The position numbers were made by a program, and so were the translations under genes. DNA of 64,000 nt from contig VJWM01000221.1 of assembly GCA_010909165.1 (NCBI GenBank), positions 62,001 through 126,000 of the forward strand. Reading direction: 5' to 3'. The notes under the pieces were generated by a model, which saw only the letters and a list, made by a program, of their open reading frames with translations, ran no database searches and had not been told where the DNA came from. Shown piece after piece: positions 58,706-64,000 of this stretch. This stretch comes from Anthoceros angustus. Its lineage: Eukaryota; Plantae; Anthocerotophyta. Within the stretch, counting starts at the first letter, position 1. Every line of letters starts with the position of its first letter.

Positions 58706-61412
58706 GGATGGATGACCTAGATGTCTCTTCCTTCCATGAGGTTGAAGGTGGTGGAGAGATTCAAGTTGAGCGATGCCGAGCCCGTCTCCACTCTTATTGC
58801 TTCCTGTGAAAAGGTATCCGCCGAGGACTGCCCGACAACTCCAGAAGAAGCTTAGGAGATAGGTGCCCTACAGCGAGGCCGCGAGCAGCCTGCTCTATTT
58901 GGCAATCTGGACCACGCCAAACATGTCATAGGCTGTCAATATTGCATCAAGATATCTCTCCCAACCTGGGAGGATTTCGCCACTGCTCGACCCGAAGTGG
59001 ATATTCACAACCAAAAATTTATCGACAACATTGTGCAAAATCCGCAACTAACTCGAGTCGCACACACATAACATTGCAATTAGTGCAAAAATGATTGTGG
59101 TTGCTACTCATTCAATTTTGAATATTTACACAAGCTGGCAATGAAGTGTCTATCATAATTGAGAGAATGAATAGCAAAGTCCTGATAATTTCAATAAAGG
59201 TTTAATATAAAAAAATGAAAAATCCCAATTAGGTAGGTGCAACTATGTTGGATGTTTTGTCCTAAATGACAATGGACAAATTCAACAGATTACCATGTTT
59301 TGACACACTTCAAAATGCATTATAAAGCATGAGGTTGCAGGTGGGGAGCATGATGTCTGTGTGAGTGTGCCAGTCCAAAGCTAGGAAGATTCCGCCCAGG
59401 TATACGTAGTGACTTTGCACAGGGTTTTGTGGGATTGGGATGGGATTTTTTTGCCCCTGCTCCTGACTCCAGGTGCTACTGTCTTTGGGGATTTCAGCAA
59501 ATATGGATGTGAAGCACCTCCTCTTGCCCAACAGCCCTTCAAAATATATGGCAACGTCCGCTGACTTGCTTGCCAAATGATACTTCTCTTATCTGTCGCT
59601 AACTGTTCATGAAAAAAAACCTACACCAACTTACATATGCATGTGGGATAAACTGAAGTTCTCCAAAGATGCACTTGAACTATCCGAAGCCGAATCTAGT
59701 CCTAAAGACCTCCAAAAAAAAATCATGTTTTTTGGGCATCATAAGCGTGCTGTGTATGCTATGTTGTCAATTGATTTTGAAAGTTTTGTTTAACCGCTGA
59801 CAGTGTTTCTTTTCTATCGGCAGCGGATCCTAAATTTGATCAGCTACAATAACTATATGAAGATTTGAAGTCGGAGGTAAAAGAGCTCAGGGCCGATATG
59901 AAGGAAAAGAGGAGGAGAGACAAGCTCGTACGAGAAAAAAAAGCAACGGAGAACTGGCGAGGATCGGAGACGAGATAAGGCAGTCAGAGACGAGATAGGG
60001 TAGAAGAGTGAACGACATATCGAAAGAACGAAACATATTGTTGAAATAGCTTATGGTGTCCACAGGAGGGTTATGGTGGAATTTATCTTTGAAGTAGTCA
60101 AGAAGGGCACGAAACCAACTTGGCGTCATCGGTGGATGCAACACAAGGCTGAAGAAATACCGCTTTCAAGCAGCGGGTGAAGATGGCTCAAACAAGAACA
60201 CTTATAGACCTCCAGTGTGAGTGTGACAGGGTAGTCCTCGACCATAAGTTCTTTTACTTTTTGTCGCAGACGAGTGTTAGGTACTACCTTTGTGGCTCTA
60301 TATACCATGCAAGTACGCTGGTGAAGAAGAAGAAGAAGAATTCTATTTAAGTCCACTAAGGACGAATTTCCGTCATGGGATTGAAATATGAGAACTACAT
60401 AGATTGCGATAAAATAGTCTGAATGAATATAAAGGTAAAATTCAAACAAGATAAATAATCAACAATGTCAATGAAAATACGTAAACGAGGGCTAAACACC
60501 ACCAATTCATCTTACAAAGCCATTTGACCTACAGCACCAGCAGCTTTGAAAGTGGGTAACTACTCCTTCTTAGTCTTCCATTGCAATGGTGTAAGATCCT
60601 CAATGATATATAACTAAGTTGTCCGTAACATAGACCTAGCCTTCATAACTTGGTGACGATCATCCATAAAGTGAAAAGTCATAATCAATATACGCTCCCT
60701 ACCAGCATCCTTTCCAAGCCAGAAGGCTTGAGGAACGACCACATTGACCTGAAGCTTTTGGAGAAACTCTTGGCAACCACAAGTTGTGCAACAATGTCAT
60801 TTCCAAGAACAGAAATTCTCAAGTTCAAAGCACCGCGAGCACGGTCCGCCGTCTCACAAAGAACTGCCGGAGCTCCGGCCGCTTGCGGAGATATGCTTTA
60901 GACCTCCATGTGTGTGCAGCAAAGCAGGGAGCCAGCTGGCCCTTGGATTGCAGCCCAAGCCCTGGTCGAGAGTAAACGCATCTATCACAGCTCGCTGGGA
61001 TAGCAACGTGTAATCCTTCAGGCGATTCTTTGGAAAGCGTTCCATTGCCAGGTACATACAATAGAAGCTGGGTACTACCAAAAGCTTCTGCAGATGTGGG
61101 TTCTGTTCAGTTGCGTTCAGAAATGGTACAGCTCATTCGAAGCCTTCTCCAGATGACAGAATATGTGTTTTCCCAAGGTGCTGCACTAGCCCGAGTAGCG
61201 TCCTTTCACTTGGCCACAAGCATAGTTATCCTTGCATGTGTAGAAGCACCGATCACTACTGCACGTTGCAGCGTTCACGAAGTTCCTGAGGCTAATCGGA
61301 GCCTCATAGCTTCTCGATTATTTAATGTGCGTGTGTACAAGGGAAAAAGTTCCGCCTTTGACATCGCAAGGATACTGTGTTATTGGGTTCCTAGCGTAGA
61401 GCGATGATAAGA

Positions 61413-62961
61413 CTAATGAACCGGCAAGCCGTGCTCTACCAGTGTTTCTGCAATGACAGATCGTGCTCGCTCACTTAAGACATCAGGATTGTTGTCGCGG
61501 ATAGGAGGGTGTATGACGACCTTCACAAGGCCTGGTCGGAGTGTATACTCCATCTTGTTAGGCATCAGTTTCCCAGTACCTATTAAACTAATTGGGACCA
61601 CCGGAGCCTTTGCTTTGGCTGCCACACTAAACGCTCCTTTCTGCAACACGGAATGTGTAAGTCAAGCCATACCAAAGCACAGTCCGGAACACCTACGCGT
61701 GTCCACACACATTGAAACGGACAGGAGCTGACCTTGAACTGCGCCATGGCTCCATCAGGAGAGCGGGTTCCCTCTGGAAAGAAAATGACTGGAACGCCTC
61801 TTTTCACCAGCTCCACACAATGTCTCAAGCATTGCTGCAAAAACGACGGGTTAAGTCCACAAGCCGCGCGGGAAAAATGTTCTTCTACGCAGGGCATGCG
61901 ACATCAAGCAAAGCGAGAGAAAGAACAACTCACGATTTGGCTCTTAGGGTCTTCTCGCTTCAGAGGTACGTGGCCAGTCAGGTACATTGCCCATCCGATG
62001 ATCGGAATGAGGAAGTTGCTCGTCTTGCTGATGAACTTGAAAGGTCGGCCCAGCTGAAACAGCGTGAAGATGTCCAAGAAGCTCTGGTGGTTGGCCACGT
62101 AAACAGCTCCCTCGTCCTCGGCTGGCAAGTTTTCCCAGCCAGATATTTCTGTCTTGTAAAAGGGAAATGTCGTCATTTGAGCCCAAACCTTATTAACCAG
62201 GTGATGTGCCTTCCGCCTTGCTTTGTCAAAGAGCATCACAAAGGGGTGTAAGACGAGCATCACAATCAGCAAGGGAGCAGCAATGACAAGAGTCGTTGTG
62301 TAGAAACATATAGCCCGCACCTTCTGCCACACAGATGCATCTGCAAAGCAGCATCCACTAACAGAATCTGAGAACAGTGAAAGCCCTAACAGCATCCGGA
62401 AACCTCAAAATTAAATCCCTCCCTTCCTTCCATCACCAGAAGGACCAAGCCTCACCTTTGCTCGCGGGCACAGTAAAATCCCATCCTCCACCCTGCACTG
62501 CAGCACCTGCTACCTGGCAGCTAATCACCGCCCTGCCGCTCCTCTTTCCCCTGCCGCCGGCCTCGGCACGTTTGGCCGTCAAAAAAATTCCTTCCTCCTT
62601 GCCAAAAAAATCAGAACCGAGGACTGCAACGCATGCGCCACCTCCTCCGCTCCATCTCGTGCTGCTCTTCCTCACTTCACAAGAAATAGAAAACAACTTC
62701 ACACAAAACATCCAAATTCCACAGGCTCCACATTCCACAACAACACACAGTGTGATCAAGATCTCTACTTTGAAACCTACATTTCAGCACGCCACCTCTG
62801 CCAACCCTATCCTCAGCCCCGCCGCTCCTCTTGCAGCACAGCACGCAAGGCGGAGGCAGATTCCTGCTCCCGCCGCTCCCCCGGCTCCCATTTCCCGCCA
62901 CCAGCACCGCGCCTTGAAGAAGCCGCTGGTGCGGCCTCGCTACCGCATCGAATACCTCCAT
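61413..62961 (-). CDS. LPAT1: Plastid 1-acyl-sn-glycerol-3-phosphate acyltransferase (LPAT1/ATS2-like), multi-exon
   Basis: VYVANHQSFLDIFTL, RPFKFISK, PIIGWAMYLTGHVPL, VIFFPEGTRS, KGAFSVAAK..PVVPISLIGTG. Start (ATG 62961) tentative. Confidence 0.92.
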
Positions 62962-63292
62962 CACCGGCTCCTCTCTCCAATTCGTTGCGCTCACCTTCCG
63001 CACGGCCGCCGCAATCGCATTGATCCTCCACACCGGGCCACACCGCTACGCCGCGCAGAGAGCGGCAAGCTTATCCGAAGGCGAAAAATACGGTATAATC
63101 GTATCAAACGAGAATACGAATCAGAGTCCCAATCCTATCGTAAAGATTCCATGGAAAGTATACACATGCATATATAATAAAAACAAAACAAAGTATACAT
63201 GTGCTGGAGAACGGGTGTTTTCACATATGCCTTAGGCCAAATGGACACACATTTGTAAGAACATGGCTGTTAAGATTTAGATGGAGTGCTGG

Positions 63293-63815
63293 AAGCGGGT
63301 GGATGAGCTTCGTGCTAGTAGTTTAGATATACTATGGTATAAGTTATTAAGTATAAATTTTTAAGATAAAAAAGTTCTATCTTAACTGGATTATTATAGA
63401 CTTCTTCTTTTTCTTCTTCACACCGTAGAAGACTAAAAAAACTTTCAGATCTATGTCCTTTGGAATCAGCGATCACAAGGATCAACAATATTGAAAAAGC
63501 CATTAACTAAAAATCTTAAATATCTCTAAAACAAAAATTGGTGTCTATTTCTGGAGGGAGTGGATGCCCTTAGTGCTAGTAGCTTAGACACAAGCTGTTA
63601 AGTATAAAGTTTTATGATAGAAAAAAATTCATCTTATGTGGATTAAAATAGATTTTTTCTTTTTCTTCTTCACAACGTAGAAGACAAAAAAAACTTACAA
63701 ATCCATGTCCTTTTAAAATTAGCGATCACAAGCAGCAGATCAAAGATATTTAAAATCTTTATTATAAAATAAAAATATTAAATATCTCTAAAACAATTAT
63801 GGGTGTCTATTCTAG
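63293..63815. repeat. Diverged ~265-bp AT-rich tandem duplication
   Basis: GTGCTAGTAG, TTCTTCTTCACA..GTAGAAGAC, AGCGATCACAAG, AAATATCTCTAAAACAA and GGTGTCTATT each occur twice. Confidence 0.8.
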
Positions 63816-64000
63816 GGTTGACCCCACTTTAATCGTTGTCCAATATTCATCGGTGAGATAACATCAATACCTCCGGTGTAATGAGTGATGTTGGTCCCAC
63901 CAAACATAGTTTAAAATATTAGAATATAGTTGAAAATTAAACAATTAAGGTAGTACGCCTCAATATGTCTCAATATCATAGGAAGCTTTGTCTCCAAATT

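Noticed and set aside
58030-61400. Possible solo LTR, LINE ORF1 remnants and short ORFs (e.g. 60126-60449, 61030-61407)
   Set aside because: Too degenerate; no diagnostic motifs, termini or TSDs could be confirmed.

Overview
Eukaryotic nuclear DNA from a compact, gene-dense plant genome with short GT-AG introns. A non-seed land plant such as a hornwort is inferred; the taxon cannot be proven from this window. Bases 1-21.5 kb are a nested repeat block: a truncated DHQ-dehydratase/shikimate-dehydrogenase paralog, a small Lys-rich gene, and a Mutator-like (MULE) element with ~270-bp terminal inverted repeats. The MULE contains a Ty3/Gypsy retrotransposon whose pol encodes a C5 cytosine methyltransferase between protease and RT. 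This block has many homopolymer indels and two microhomology-joined tandem duplications, so part of it may be low-quality assembly. Bases 21.8-63 kb hold ordinary host genes (DHQ/SDH, POLD3, PAC1/PSMG1, a TPR/J-like protein, a NodH-like sulfotransferase, a HAK/KUP K+ transporter, a cadherin-like membrane protein, AP-1 mu, an IREG3/ferroportin-like transporter, plastid LPAT1), interspersed with LINE, hAT-MITE and Gypsy fragments and a twice-present AT-rich intronless CDPK-type kinase tied to a LINE 3' end. Top findings: (1) an apparent pair of mutually exclusive 125-bp exons in the ferroportin gene that swaps a predicted metal-site residue; (2) the DNA-methyltransferase-carrying Gypsy element; (3) the LINE-linked kinase. 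All gene models are manual splice reconstructions and all homology calls are from recalled motifs, not database searches.
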